Source of the DNA: Mycobacterium sp.
GTDB lineage: Bacteria > Actinomycetota > Actinomycetes > Mycobacteriales > Mycobacteriaceae
Length of the DNA: 64,000 bases
NCBI GenBank assembly: GCA_036273805.1
Contig: DASUGW010000070.1
Location: forward strand, 643 to 64,642
Direction of reading: 5' to 3'
Below the pieces are notes generated by a model, which saw only the letters and a list, made by a program, of their open reading frames with translations, was not told the origin of the DNA and made no database searches. Every line of letters starts with the position of its first letter. Position 1 is the first letter of the stretch. Position numbers and translations under genes: made by a program. Positions 1 through 8,931 of the stretch are shown one piece after another.

Positions 1-149
1 TTTTCGCGGCCACGCGGAGCCTTCAGCACACCGAGAACTCGACAGCGACAGCGACGCGGTGGCGGCATCGGGCCGCGGGTGACTGGTGTTGCGGCGCACT
101 TGCTGCTACACATGCGCTGGCGACTGAACGGCGATTTGAGGGGACCACT

Positions 150-485
150 GTGACTCTTCGGGTGAATCCGGAGGATTTGGTGGCCTCGGGCATGGCGGTC
201 ACGCGTCACGGCGAGGACTTGGCGGCTGAGCACGCCGCTGCCGATGGCCGCATCGAGTCGGCGCAGGCCGGGTGGCAGGGGGCGTCCTCGTCGGCGCTGG
301 CAACGAAAACTGCCGCTTGGCTGACGACCACTGGCGACCTGTTGACTCAGATGGCTGACCACGCGCAGAGCCTTCACGCCGGGGCACACGCCTACGTCCA
401 CGGTGAACAGGACAGCTCGGCTCAGATGCGCGATGTCGCTGCACAGGGTGATGCCTCCGGGGCCGAGGCCCACCGCCGGTCGTGA
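150..485 (+). CDS. WXG100 (ESAT-6-like) type VII secretion substrate
   Basis: 111 aa Ala-rich helical protein with central WQG motif and C-terminal YVHGE (YxxxD/E T7SS signal); GAGGGG SD upstream; stop overlaps next start (GTGA). Confidence 0.85.
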   Translation: MTLRVNPEDLVASGMAVTRHGEDLAAEHAAADGRIESAQAGWQGASSSALATKTAAWLTTTGDLLTQMADHAQSLHAGAHAYVHGEQDSSAQMRDVAAQGDASGAEAHRRS

Positions 486-2251
486 CACTGACCGTCGCCG
501 ACATCGAGCGTTGGGACGCCGGCTCGGTCCGGGAGGTATTTCACGCTGCATCGAGCCGGGCCCAAGCGGCTGCGGACGCCGCCAACGGATTGGCGACCCT
601 TCCTGCCTTCGCCAGCTGGGGTGGTGTCGCGGCCGAGGCTGCGCGAGAGGCGATCGGCAAGACACGCAAGGACCTTGATGCGCACGGCAGGGAAGCGCAG
701 GCGGTGGCCAACGCCGCCCGCGATGCCGCAGACGAGATCGAGCGCATCAAGTCGGACCTCGCAGCGCTGAAGGCCGATGCCGAAGCCCTGGGCATGGAGA
801 TTGATCCCGTGTCGGGAAAGGTGTTGGCGGGCAAGTCGATCCGCAATCCGATGGAGGCACTGCTCAAGGAGGAGCAGCTGCAACCCCGGCTGGACAAGGT
901 TGTCGCCGACGCCAACTCGGTGGATGCCGCGCTGGCCAATGCCATCCACATGGCGGACGGCTCGGTGCCGTTCGCGCCCGACAGTCTCAACACGCAGATG
1001 CTCGACCGACCATTGCCGGATGATCCGAAAGCCTTCGCGAAATTCTGGCGCAGTCTGACCAAGGAACAAAAGGACTACCTCTACAACAAAGACCACAACA
1101 TCGGTAATCACCCCGGGATGCCCGCCGGTGACAACGAGTTTGCCGGTGCCGACTACTACGGCCGGCTCAACCTGGCTGATCAGTTGCCCAGGGCAGCCGT
1201 GGCAGCCGGCCGCGCCGATGCGCTGCGTGCCGAGCATCCAGATTGGGCGAACGGCCAGAACCTCCCCCGCAATGTCGCAGACGCCCAGCGATACGCCCAA
1301 TGGCACCAGGAATACTCCGCGGCGCAGAAGGCAGCCAAGGATCTGCCCGCCCTGCAGGCCGTCGACGAGGCGATCAAGGCGGACCCCGACCGCAAGTTGC
1401 TGCTCCTCGACACCCAGTCGGGCAATGGCGTTCGCGCGGCGGTGGCGGTCGGAGATCCGGACACCGCCGACCACGTGTCCGTCACCACCCCGGGACTGAA
1501 CACGACGGTCGCCACAGCGATCGGCGACATGTCCGACGAGGCAACCCACGTGCGCCAAGAGGCGCTGGCGCAACTGGATGCCGCGGGCCGCGGAAGGGAA
1601 ACCGTCGCCGCCATCGCCTGGATCGGCTACGACGCTCCCCAGGTGCCCGGCTGGCAGGACGTCGGCGGGTCGGCGCAGGGACTCTGGGATGTGTCTCATG
1701 ACAGCGTGGCCAAGGCGGGCGCTGTCGATTTAGCTCGCTTCTACGACGGACTGAACGCGACCCATCAGGGCAACCCGCTGGATCTGACGGCGATCGGCCA
1801 CTCGTACGGATCGCTGACGACCGGACTGGCCCTGCAGCAGCCCGGTGATCACGGTGTCGACAAAGCCCTGTTCTACGGGTCACCCGGCATCGAGGCGACG
1901 ACACCGCAGGACCTGCACCTGCCGCCGGGCAAGGTATTCACCATGGAAACCCCCGACGACCCGATCCAGTGGGTGTACGACGGCCCTCCGATCGCGCGCG
2001 GTATCGCCCCGTTGCCGATGTTTCTCGGTGATCTCACGGGTGCCGGTGACTTCGGACCGAACCCGGCGACGAACCCGAATTTCACGCATCTGTCGACGGG
2101 TGCCGAAGTACTGTCGGACGGACGTAGGTTGTATGGCGGAAGTGGTCACAGCGATTACCCCCGCTGGGACAGTTCCCACGGACAGCTCTACACCTCGGGT
2201 TACAACATCGCCGCGGTCATCGCCGGAACCTCTCCGGTGCCACAGAAATGA
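482..2251 (+). CDS. Alpha/beta hydrolase (lipase-like, DUF1023/Abhydrolase_8 type) with N-terminal WXG100-like helical domain
   Basis: N-terminal helical region with WGG; AVGDPDTADHVSVTTPG, WIGYDAP, nucleophile elbow GHSYG, GSPG, DDPI and C-terminal GHSDY (Ser-Asp-His triad candidates); no Sec signal. Confidence 0.85.
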   Translation: MTLTVADIERWDAGSVREVFHAASSRAQAAADAANGLATLPAFASWGGVAAEAAREAIGKTRKDLDAHGREAQAVANAARDAADEIERIKSDLAALKADAEALGMEIDPVSGKVLAGKSIRNPMEALLKEEQLQPRLDKVVADANSVDAALANAIHMADGSVPFAPDSLNTQMLDRPLPDDPKAFAKFWRSLTKEQKDYLYNKDHNIGNHPGMPAGDNEFAGADYYGRLNLADQLPRAAVAAGRADALRAEHPDWANGQNLPRNVADAQRYAQWHQEYSAAQKAAKDLPALQAVDEAIKADPDRKLLLLDTQSGNGVRAAVAVGDPDTADHVSVTTPGLNTTVATAIGDMSDEATHVRQEALAQLDAAGRGRETVAAIAWIGYDAPQVPGWQDVGGSAQGLWDVSHDSVAKAGAVDLARFYDGLNATHQGNPLDLTAIGHSYGSLTTGLALQQPGDHGVDKALFYGSPGIEATTPQDLHLPPGKVFTMETPDDPIQWVYDGPPIARGIAPLPMFLGDLTGAGDFGPNPATNPNFTHLSTGAEVLSDGRRLYGGSGHSDYPRWDSSHGQLYTSGYNIAAVIAGTSPVPQK

Positions 2252-2817
2252 GTCCAGAGTCGATGCCACTGCACCGTCACCCCGTTCTGCAGCGCGTTGG
2301 CGCCGTTGGCTGCGTTGCAGCGATCACCTTGGGAATTACAGGATGTCACGTGATTAACACCTCTCAACCGTCCCCTGATCCGAGCCGGCCGCCCGTCGCA
2401 CTGCAGTCGTTGCCGACGCTGGAAGATACGCGGGCGCAAATTGTCGCGGCCATCGAACAAGTCGCGCAACAGATTTCGCTGCTCATGCCGCAGACGAGCT
2501 GGTCGTGGCAACGACAAGAAAGCCGCACCGGCGGATGTCCCGCACCATACAAGGAATCCGAGGGGCAAGAGCTTCTGCTTGCGCATTACGTCTCCGAGGT
2601 GCCGATTCCCGAACAGAGCTGGAGGCAGGCATACGACATCGCCGCCAACGCAGCCCACGGCCTCGGTGCCGTCAAGGTGACCGTCTTTCAGGACAACGCC
2701 GGCTTCCACGACGTGCAATTTTCCAGCGACACCGGGCTGACATTCCGGCTCGCCTCGCAGAAGGCTGCACTTCTCACCGGCAGCACCGGGTGCCGGCTAC
2801 CCGCGGCCAAGCGCTAG
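2248..2817 (+). CDS. LppA-family lipoprotein (candidate immunity protein)
   Basis: Signal peptide with lipobox ITGC; LPTLEDT motif, GCPAPY and terminal GCRLP Cys pair typical of LppA-like proteins; ATGA overlap with hydrolase. Confidence 0.75.
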   Translation: MSPESMPLHRHPVLQRVGAVGCVAAITLGITGCHVINTSQPSPDPSRPPVALQSLPTLEDTRAQIVAAIEQVAQQISLLMPQTSWSWQRQESRTGGCPAPYKESEGQELLLAHYVSEVPIPEQSWRQAYDIAANAAHGLGAVKVTVFQDNAGFHDVQFSSDTGLTFRLASQKAALLTGSTGCRLPAAKR

Positions 2818-3098
2818 CAGCTGAACTGCAGCCGGGCCACCTCTGCTGCCATCGGCGCCAGCAGCCCACGCAGCCGATTGTGTTCGGCGTCCTGATCGTA
2901 GGCCCGGTAAGCCTCCTCCGTCGCGAAGTCGGCGACGATCGCGAACGACCAGTTACCTTCGCGCAGGCCCAAATCCGAGCCGATGGTGTAGCTCAGCGTC
3001 CCGGGGCAATTGAGCGCCCGGAACTGTGCCTGGAGTTGCTCGACCTCTGCGCGGTCCTGACCGTCCTTGAGCTTGACCATGACGACGTTGCGAATCAC
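2814..3098 (-). CDS. Dabb family stress-responsive A/B barrel protein
   Basis: IRNVVMVKLK...FAIVADFATEEAYRAYDQDAEH pattern; start placed at GTG 3098, 6 nt after a TATTGT -10 hexamer. Confidence 0.8.
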   Translation of the reverse strand: MIRNVVMVKLKDGQDRAEVEQLQAQFRALNCPGTLSYTIGSDLGLREGNWSFAIVADFATEEAYRAYDQDAEHNRLRGLLAPMAAEVARLQFSC

Positions 3099-3132
3099 CA
3101 CTCGACAATAGGCCACGAACTATGGTGGCCGC

Positions 3133-3906
3133 ATGAGCCTCGTCAGCTACGAACTGCGCGACCACATAGCGACCATCACGCTGAACCGTCCGCAGGCCCG
3201 TAACGCGATCAACGGCGCGCTGCGCAACGACCTCAACGCGGCGTGGGAGCGTTTTCGTGACGAGGAGGACGCCTGGGTTGCGATCCTGACGGCCAACGGT
3301 GACGTCTACTGCGCCGGCGGCGATCTCAAAGACGGCGAAGGCTCGGTCGGGACATTCGCCGGCACGTTCTGGGAGAAGCCGACCATCAACAGTTTCGAAA
3401 GCGGCATGGAACTGTTCAAGCCGACGATCGCAGCGGTGCACGGTCCGTGCATCGGCTACGGACTGACCGGAGTTCTGTTCTGTGACTTCGTGATTGCCAG
3501 CACCGAGGCGATGTTCTCTTTTCCGGAGGTGTCCATCGGCGTGCCGACCATCGTTGGGGCGATCCGGCTGCCCCAGCGGGTAGGTTGGGCCAACGCGATG
3601 GAACTGCTGCTGACCGGAAAGCCGATGACGGCCCAGCGAGCCAAGGAGGTGGGCCTGGTGTGGCGACTCGTCGAACCCGACCGGTTGCAGGACACGGCGA
3701 GGCAGTGGGCGGCCACGTTGACCGAGGCCGCTCCCCTGGCTCAGCGCGCGACCAAAGAGGTGGCCTGGCGCACCGCCGATATGGGCTGGATCGAGTCGGT
3801 GCGGTTCGGCGAGGTGATGCGCAAGGTTGCCGGTGCCACGGACGATGTCGCCGAAGGACTGGCGGCCTGGCGGGACAAGCGCCGCCCCGAGTGGCAGGGA
3901 CGTTGA
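3133..3906 (+). CDS. Enoyl-CoA hydratase/isomerase family protein
   Basis: ITLNRPQARNA, YCAGGDL, KPTIAAVHGPCIGYG, FPEV crotonase motifs. Confidence 0.92.
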   Translation: MSLVSYELRDHIATITLNRPQARNAINGALRNDLNAAWERFRDEEDAWVAILTANGDVYCAGGDLKDGEGSVGTFAGTFWEKPTINSFESGMELFKPTIAAVHGPCIGYGLTGVLFCDFVIASTEAMFSFPEVSIGVPTIVGAIRLPQRVGWANAMELLLTGKPMTAQRAKEVGLVWRLVEPDRLQDTARQWAATLTEAAPLAQRATKEVAWRTADMGWIESVRFGEVMRKVAGATDDVAEGLAAWRDKRRPEWQGR

Positions 3907-3908
3907 CC

Positions 3909-5456
3909 ATGACCGACCGTCGTCCGACCATTCCGGAGCTGCTCCGCACCGCCGTCGCCGAATTCGGTGCCCAGACCTATGCGGTGACGCCCACCGACCG
4001 GCTCACCTACGCCGAGGCCGAGCGCCGTTCGGCGGTGGCTGCACGCTGGCTGCTGCACCGCGGCGTGGGCAAGGGCACCCGGGTGGGCTTGTTCTTCCCC
4101 AACAGCACCGAGTGGCTCCTCTGGTGGCTGGCGGTCTCACGCATCGGGGCGCTGGCAGTCCCACTGAGCACGATGTACCGGCCCGCGGAAATCGCCAAGG
4201 TTGTTCGCCTGGCCGACATCGCGGTGCTGATCGGCCCGGACCGAGTGCTCGATTTCGGTGTTGCCGATCGGCTGGAGGCGGCGCTACCCGAGCTGTCCGG
4301 ACAAAATGCCGGCTCGCTCGCGCTCACTGCCGCGCCGTATCTGCGGGACATCGTGCTCACCGGAACCGGTGAGCGCAGCTGGGCCAGCCGTTTCCCCGGC
4401 GATCAGCTCGCCGCTGGGGTTGCCGCGGAGGTATTGGCCGCGGTCGAAGACGAGGTCTCCCCCGCCGACCTCGCACTCATGGTGCACACCTCGGGATCGA
4501 CCGCCGACCCTAAGGGCGTGCTGCACACGCAGGGCACCCTGGTGCGTCAGACGTCCACGTGGCCGGCGGCGGTCCGGGCGGTCACCGGATCGTCGGAGAC
4601 ACCGGTAATCCTGTGCGCGATGCCGTTTTTCTGGATCGGTGGTGTCCTGGCCGCGACGGGCGCGCTGCATGAACAGGTCACCCTGCTGGTGATGCCCAAG
4701 CTGGACGCCGGCGCCGCGCTCGATCTCGTCGAGCAGGAACGCGCGACCGGGGTCGTCGGCTGGCCGGCGTTCACCCAGCGGCTGCGTGAGCACCCGAGTT
4801 TCGCGACGCGTGACTTGACCAGCGCGCCCATGCTTCGCGACGGGCCGCTGGACATCGCGATGACGGACGCACCGGACGGATTTCCGGTGCACCGCACCAT
4901 GACTGAGACCGCGGGCGGGTTCGCCTACACCGATATCGATATCGTCGATGCCGACGGTGTGTCCGTCCCGGACGGCACCGTCGGAGAGCTGCTCATCCGG
5001 GGAATCGGTGCGATGGCGGGGTACAACAAGCGCGAGCGGGCCGACACCTTCGACGCGGACGGCTGGTACCACACCGGTGACCGGGTCTACCGGCGTCCCG
5101 GCGACCCGCGGTTGTTCTATGTCGGCCGGACCAGCGAGCTGATCAAGTCCGCTGGCGCCAACGTGTCGCCGCTGGAGGTAGAGGCCGTTCTCGAGCAGCT
5201 GTCCGACGTGGCGCAGTGCGTCGTCCTTGGTGTGGACCATTCCTCACGCGGTGAAGAGGTGTGCGCGGTCGTGGTTCCCGCAACCGATGCGTTCGACGTG
5301 GATTCGGTTGCCGCACATGCCCGTAACCAGCTGTCCGGCTATAAGGTCCCGACCCGCTGGGTCACCGTGACCAGCGATCAGATTCCGACCTTGCCCAGCG
5401 GCAAGTTCAGCCGCCTGGCGTTACGGAAGCTGATCGCCGATGGAGTGCTCGGTTAG
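3909..5456 (+). CDS. Acyl-CoA synthetase / class I adenylate-forming enzyme
   Basis: HTSGSTADPKG P-loop, GWYHTGD, GRTSELIKSAGANVSPLEVE, PSGK; ATG 3909 directly after the ECH stop. Confidence 0.9.
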   Translation: MTDRRPTIPELLRTAVAEFGAQTYAVTPTDRLTYAEAERRSAVAARWLLHRGVGKGTRVGLFFPNSTEWLLWWLAVSRIGALAVPLSTMYRPAEIAKVVRLADIAVLIGPDRVLDFGVADRLEAALPELSGQNAGSLALTAAPYLRDIVLTGTGERSWASRFPGDQLAAGVAAEVLAAVEDEVSPADLALMVHTSGSTADPKGVLHTQGTLVRQTSTWPAAVRAVTGSSETPVILCAMPFFWIGGVLAATGALHEQVTLLVMPKLDAGAALDLVEQERATGVVGWPAFTQRLREHPSFATRDLTSAPMLRDGPLDIAMTDAPDGFPVHRTMTETAGGFAYTDIDIVDADGVSVPDGTVGELLIRGIGAMAGYNKRERADTFDADGWYHTGDRVYRRPGDPRLFYVGRTSELIKSAGANVSPLEVEAVLEQLSDVAQCVVLGVDHSSRGEEVCAVVVPATDAFDVDSVAAHARNQLSGYKVPTRWVTVTSDQIPTLPSGKFSRLALRKLIADGVLG

Positions 5457-7288
5457 CTCCCGGTCCGGTCGGCGGTCCACTGCCGCCTGCACGCCCAGCG
5501 GGCCAACTTGCCGCTGGTGGTCCGGGGAATGGCACCCGCCGGCACCAGGCGGACGTCCGCCGCGACGATCCCGTGCACATCGGCGACGGCCGCCCGGATC
5601 GCGTCGAGTGCCGGTGCCGGATCCATGCGTGCGGTACCGGCGGCTCGTTCCGCGATGATCACCAAATCTTCGCCGCTGCCTTCTGGCGACGGAACGATAA
5701 CCGCCGCAACGTATCCGCGCCGAACGATCGGTGTGGCGTCGGCGACGGTCGCTTCGATGTCCTGGGGGTAATGGCTGCGGCCGTCCAGGACGATCAAGTC
5801 GTCGCGCCGTCCGGTGACATACAGTTCGCCGTCCAGGTAGAAGCCGAGATCGCCTGTCCTCAGCCAGGTTCCATCGACTGATGCGCCGGACGAATGCGTG
5901 CCCGACGGCAGCACTGCGCCCACACGGGCACCGAAACTCCGGCGGGTCTCCTCGGGGCGACCCCAGTACCCCCGCCCGACGTTGTCGCCCTGCAGCCAGA
6001 TCTCGCCGACCCGGCCGTCGGAGAGTTCGTCGCCGGTATCGGGGTCGACGATCAGCGCCCACTGACTGCGGGAGACCTGCCCACACGAGACCTGGGGTAT
6101 CGCCCCGGACGCACCGGGAGCCACCGGGACTGCCTGTCCCGAACCGAGCTGTCGGCGGTCCAGATGGATGACTGTGGGTTCGGCATCCGGGGCGATGGTC
6201 GAGACGAACAACGTGGCCTCGGCGATCCCATACGACGGCTTGAACGCCGTCGTGGGCAGCCCGTACCCAGCGAAGGCCGCGCTGAAGCTGTGGATCGCGT
6301 CGATGCTGACGGGCTCGGACCCGACGATCATCACCACATTGCTCAGGTCGATGTCGGCACCGGGCGCCGGCAGCCCGCGCAGCGCGGCCCATTCGTAGGC
6401 GAAGTTCGGAGCGGCGGTAACCACACGGCCCTCCCGGACGCCCGCGGACAGTGCCTCGATCCACCTCAGCGGGCGCCGGATGAACGCCGTCGGCGACATC
6501 AATGTCGAGTGGCCGCCGTAGACCACCGGAAACCCCAGCATCGACAACCCCATGTCGTGATACAGCGGAAGCCAGCTCACGCCGTGGGTGTTTCGATCGA
6601 GCATGTCGATCGACAGGATCATCTGCAGCAGGTTGAATCCCGCAGCGCGGTGGGTGATCTCGACGCCCACCGGAGGGCGGGTGGCCCCTCCGGTGTACTG
6701 CAGATGCGATACGTCGTCGACGTCGAGGTGCACCGGGTGAAACGCTTCGCCGACCGAATCGGGAACCGCGTCGATGATGACGATGTGCGGTTGGCGCAGG
6801 CCGGTGAGCGCCGCCAGGGCCGCCTGTACGACATCGAGCGCTGCCGTCGTGGTGAGTACGACCGACGGCTGAGCGTCGCGCAGCGCCGTTTCCAGCCGCT
6901 CCGCGTGGCCGGGCAGCTCGGGGGCGAACAGAGGCACCGCGACGGTGCCCGATTTGATCGCCGCGAAGAACCCGATAACGAAGTCCAGTCCCTGTGGCGC
7001 CAGGATCGCCACCCTGTCGCCGCCGGAGGCGTGCTGTTGGATGCGTGCGCCGACCGCGAGCAACCGGGCTCCCAGCGCCCGCCAGGTCAGCTCGATCGTG
7101 CGCGTACCACCGGTACCGGTGTGGTCGAGGTAGCGGTAGGCGATGGCGTCACCCACCGCCGCGACGTTACGGTCGATCAGCGCGGGTAGCGTGGTGCCGG
7201 GCGGAAACAGCACACCGCCGTCGGCGTCCAGGCAATCTTCGATCTGCAGAAGACCGGTGGGACTCACCTCACGCGGAACACCGCCCAT
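5453..7288 (-). CDS. fadD31: Fatty acyl-AMP ligase (FadD31-like)
   Basis: LLQIEDCLD N-terminus, SWLPLYHDMGL, PSYGIAEATL, WLRTGDLGF, PRTTSGKL; TAGACT -10 6 nt before ATG (leaderless). Confidence 0.82.
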   Translation of the reverse strand: MGGVPREVSPTGLLQIEDCLDADGGVLFPPGTTLPALIDRNVAAVGDAIAYRYLDHTGTGGTRTIELTWRALGARLLAVGARIQQHASGGDRVAILAPQGLDFVIGFFAAIKSGTVAVPLFAPELPGHAERLETALRDAQPSVVLTTTAALDVVQAALAALTGLRQPHIVIIDAVPDSVGEAFHPVHLDVDDVSHLQYTGGATRPPVGVEITHRAAGFNLLQMILSIDMLDRNTHGVSWLPLYHDMGLSMLGFPVVYGGHSTLMSPTAFIRRPLRWIEALSAGVREGRVVTAAPNFAYEWAALRGLPAPGADIDLSNVVMIVGSEPVSIDAIHSFSAAFAGYGLPTTAFKPSYGIAEATLFVSTIAPDAEPTVIHLDRRQLGSGQAVPVAPGASGAIPQVSCGQVSRSQWALIVDPDTGDELSDGRVGEIWLQGDNVGRGYWGRPEETRRSFGARVGAVLPSGTHSSGASVDGTWLRTGDLGFYLDGELYVTGRRDDLIVLDGRSHYPQDIEATVADATPIVRRGYVAAVIVPSPEGSGEDLVIIAERAAGTARMDPAPALDAIRAAVADVHGIVAADVRLVPAGAIPRTTSGKLARWACRRQWTADRTGS

Positions 7289-7341
7289 AAACCCAGTCTA
7301 GGGGCTTCCGAATTCCTTGTGGTGCTTGCCTTTACAGCAGC

Positions 7342-8781
7342 TCAGGCGGCCTGGCGAGCGGTCGCCCGCAGCGACCGCGCGGGGCGGTTGCGCAGTTCGA
7401 TGAACGAGCCGGAGCGGACCACTCCCAACGGGCCGGGGCCGGCGAAGCGGGCGATTCCGGTGGTGCGCAGTGCGAATCCTGCCTTCGCTTGGCGATACCC
7501 GAGCCGAATGCCGGTGGCGGTGATGATCAGCAGGCCGCCGATACCGGGCAATGCCGCGGTGAACAGCGCCCACAGCGACACCGGCACCAACAGGTCCGTG
7601 ATGGCCGCGTGCAGCAGTGCGTGCATCTCCTGGCGCGCCGGGTAAACCGCTCTGGCGCTCTCGGACTGGTCGACCATCTGGATCAGACTGACCGGCGTGA
7701 TGTCCGGCGGCGCCAGGAACGGGTCGGAAGCCGTGTCGAAGGCCGGTGCGATGAGTCCCGGGCCGCCAAGGTGAATGGGGCCGATACCCGGCGCGGACAG
7801 TCCGAAGTGGGTGGAGTCCGCTGACAGGAATGTGTGGACGCCGGGGTTGTCGACCGCGAGCGTTGCCACGGTGGAGTCCCCCATCAGCATGGTGACGACC
7901 TCGACGGGGATGGCCATGACCTGCGCGACCGATTTGAGCGTTGCCTGAACGGCGCCGAGCACATCACCGCCGGGTGTGGCCAGCGCGGCGAGCAGAGCCG
8001 CCGAGTTCACGATCACCTGGGTCGCCCCACTGAAGGCGAGCTGAACGGCCTCGATCGCGACCGCCGACACGATGCCGGTGCCCCCCGTCGCGAGGGGAGC
8101 GCTGCTGGTGGCAGTCGTCGGGGCCGCGGTGGCGGCCGACGGGGCGGCGGCTGTTGGGGCTGTGCTGGCAGCCAGGCTCGCAACCGGGGTCGTTCCGGAC
8201 GTTCCTGTGGTTCCTGAGGTTCCCGAGGTCGACGTCGCCGCAGTGGTGCCGTGCCCTGTGGAGGCGCCCAGCGCGGTGCCCGTCGGATCAGACGGCAATC
8301 CTCCGGTACCCGCAGCGGCTGTGGTGCCCGAGCCCGTCGAGGTGTTTGACGTCGCTGTGGTGCCCGCTGCGGCCGTGGTGTCGGATGCGGCGGTGGTCGT
8401 GCCCGCGGTGGAATCCGCCGCGCCAGATGGGCCGGTGGTGCCGGCGGTCGCGGTGGTGGCGTCCGGCGTGGATTTCGGTCCCACCGGGAGGGCGCGCTTG
8501 ATGGAAGTCTTCGTCGCGGTTGCAGCAACGAGGCTCAAAGGTTTGACGGGACCCACATGCGCGGACTGTTTCAGCGTGTCGCCGAGCTGTCGGGGCTTGC
8601 CGGTGGTCGCGGCGGTGTCCGTGCTGGGGCTGGCCGGGCTGGTCGAGCTCGGCGCGCCACCCGCGGCCGGCCCGTCCCCCGCGTCAGCGAAAGCTAGTGC
8701 CCCTCCACCTGCGGTTATGGTCCCCGATACCAGCAGACCGGTCGATAGTGCGCAGACACCGGCGGCGTGACGTAGGCGCAT
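7342..8781 (-). CDS. Exported low-complexity Thr/Ala/Gly/Ser-rich protein with C-terminal membrane anchor
   Basis: Signal peptide ending AFA-D; long T/A/G/S tract; C-terminal hydrophobic segment followed by GIRLGYRQAKAG; GAGGAG SD. Confidence 0.7.
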   Translation of the reverse strand: MRLRHAAGVCALSTGLLVSGTITAGGGALAFADAGDGPAAGGAPSSTSPASPSTDTAATTGKPRQLGDTLKQSAHVGPVKPLSLVAATATKTSIKRALPVGPKSTPDATTATAGTTGPSGAADSTAGTTTAASDTTAAAGTTATSNTSTGSGTTAAAGTGGLPSDPTGTALGASTGHGTTAATSTSGTSGTTGTSGTTPVASLAASTAPTAAAPSAATAAPTTATSSAPLATGGTGIVSAVAIEAVQLAFSGATQVIVNSAALLAALATPGGDVLGAVQATLKSVAQVMAIPVEVVTMLMGDSTVATLAVDNPGVHTFLSADSTHFGLSAPGIGPIHLGGPGLIAPAFDTASDPFLAPPDITPVSLIQMVDQSESARAVYPARQEMHALLHAAITDLLVPVSLWALFTAALPGIGGLLIITATGIRLGYRQAKAGFALRTTGIARFAGPGPLGVVRSGSFIELRNRPARSLRATARQAA

Positions 8782-8854
8782 CGTCTTCTCCTCGGACCAG
8801 GCTTAACTCTCGGCTCGGCTGCAAGCACTTGCATCACATTCTTGCACAAGTTTT

Positions 8855-8870
8855 AGTGAGCAATGTCACT
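8855..8870. promoter_or_regulatory. CRP-like operator
   Basis: AGTGA-gcaatg-TCACT palindrome (GTGA-N6-TCAC) about 75 bp upstream of the 7342..8781 gene in an AT-rich intergenic region. Confidence 0.5.
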
Positions 8871-8931
8871 CCAGTGGCGTGAGCATATGTTAAATCGCCA
8901 CTGGCAAATGCGTGCTGGTTCGGTTCATGAG

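Noticed and set aside
8072-8770. Val/Ala-rich ORF and apparent tandem repeats
   Set aside because: Antisense of the Thr/Ala-rich protein; repeats are degenerate codon-level low complexity, not a CRISPR or VNTR array
8903-8927. TGAACC as a third SigL promoter
   Set aside because: No CGT at 16-nt spacing
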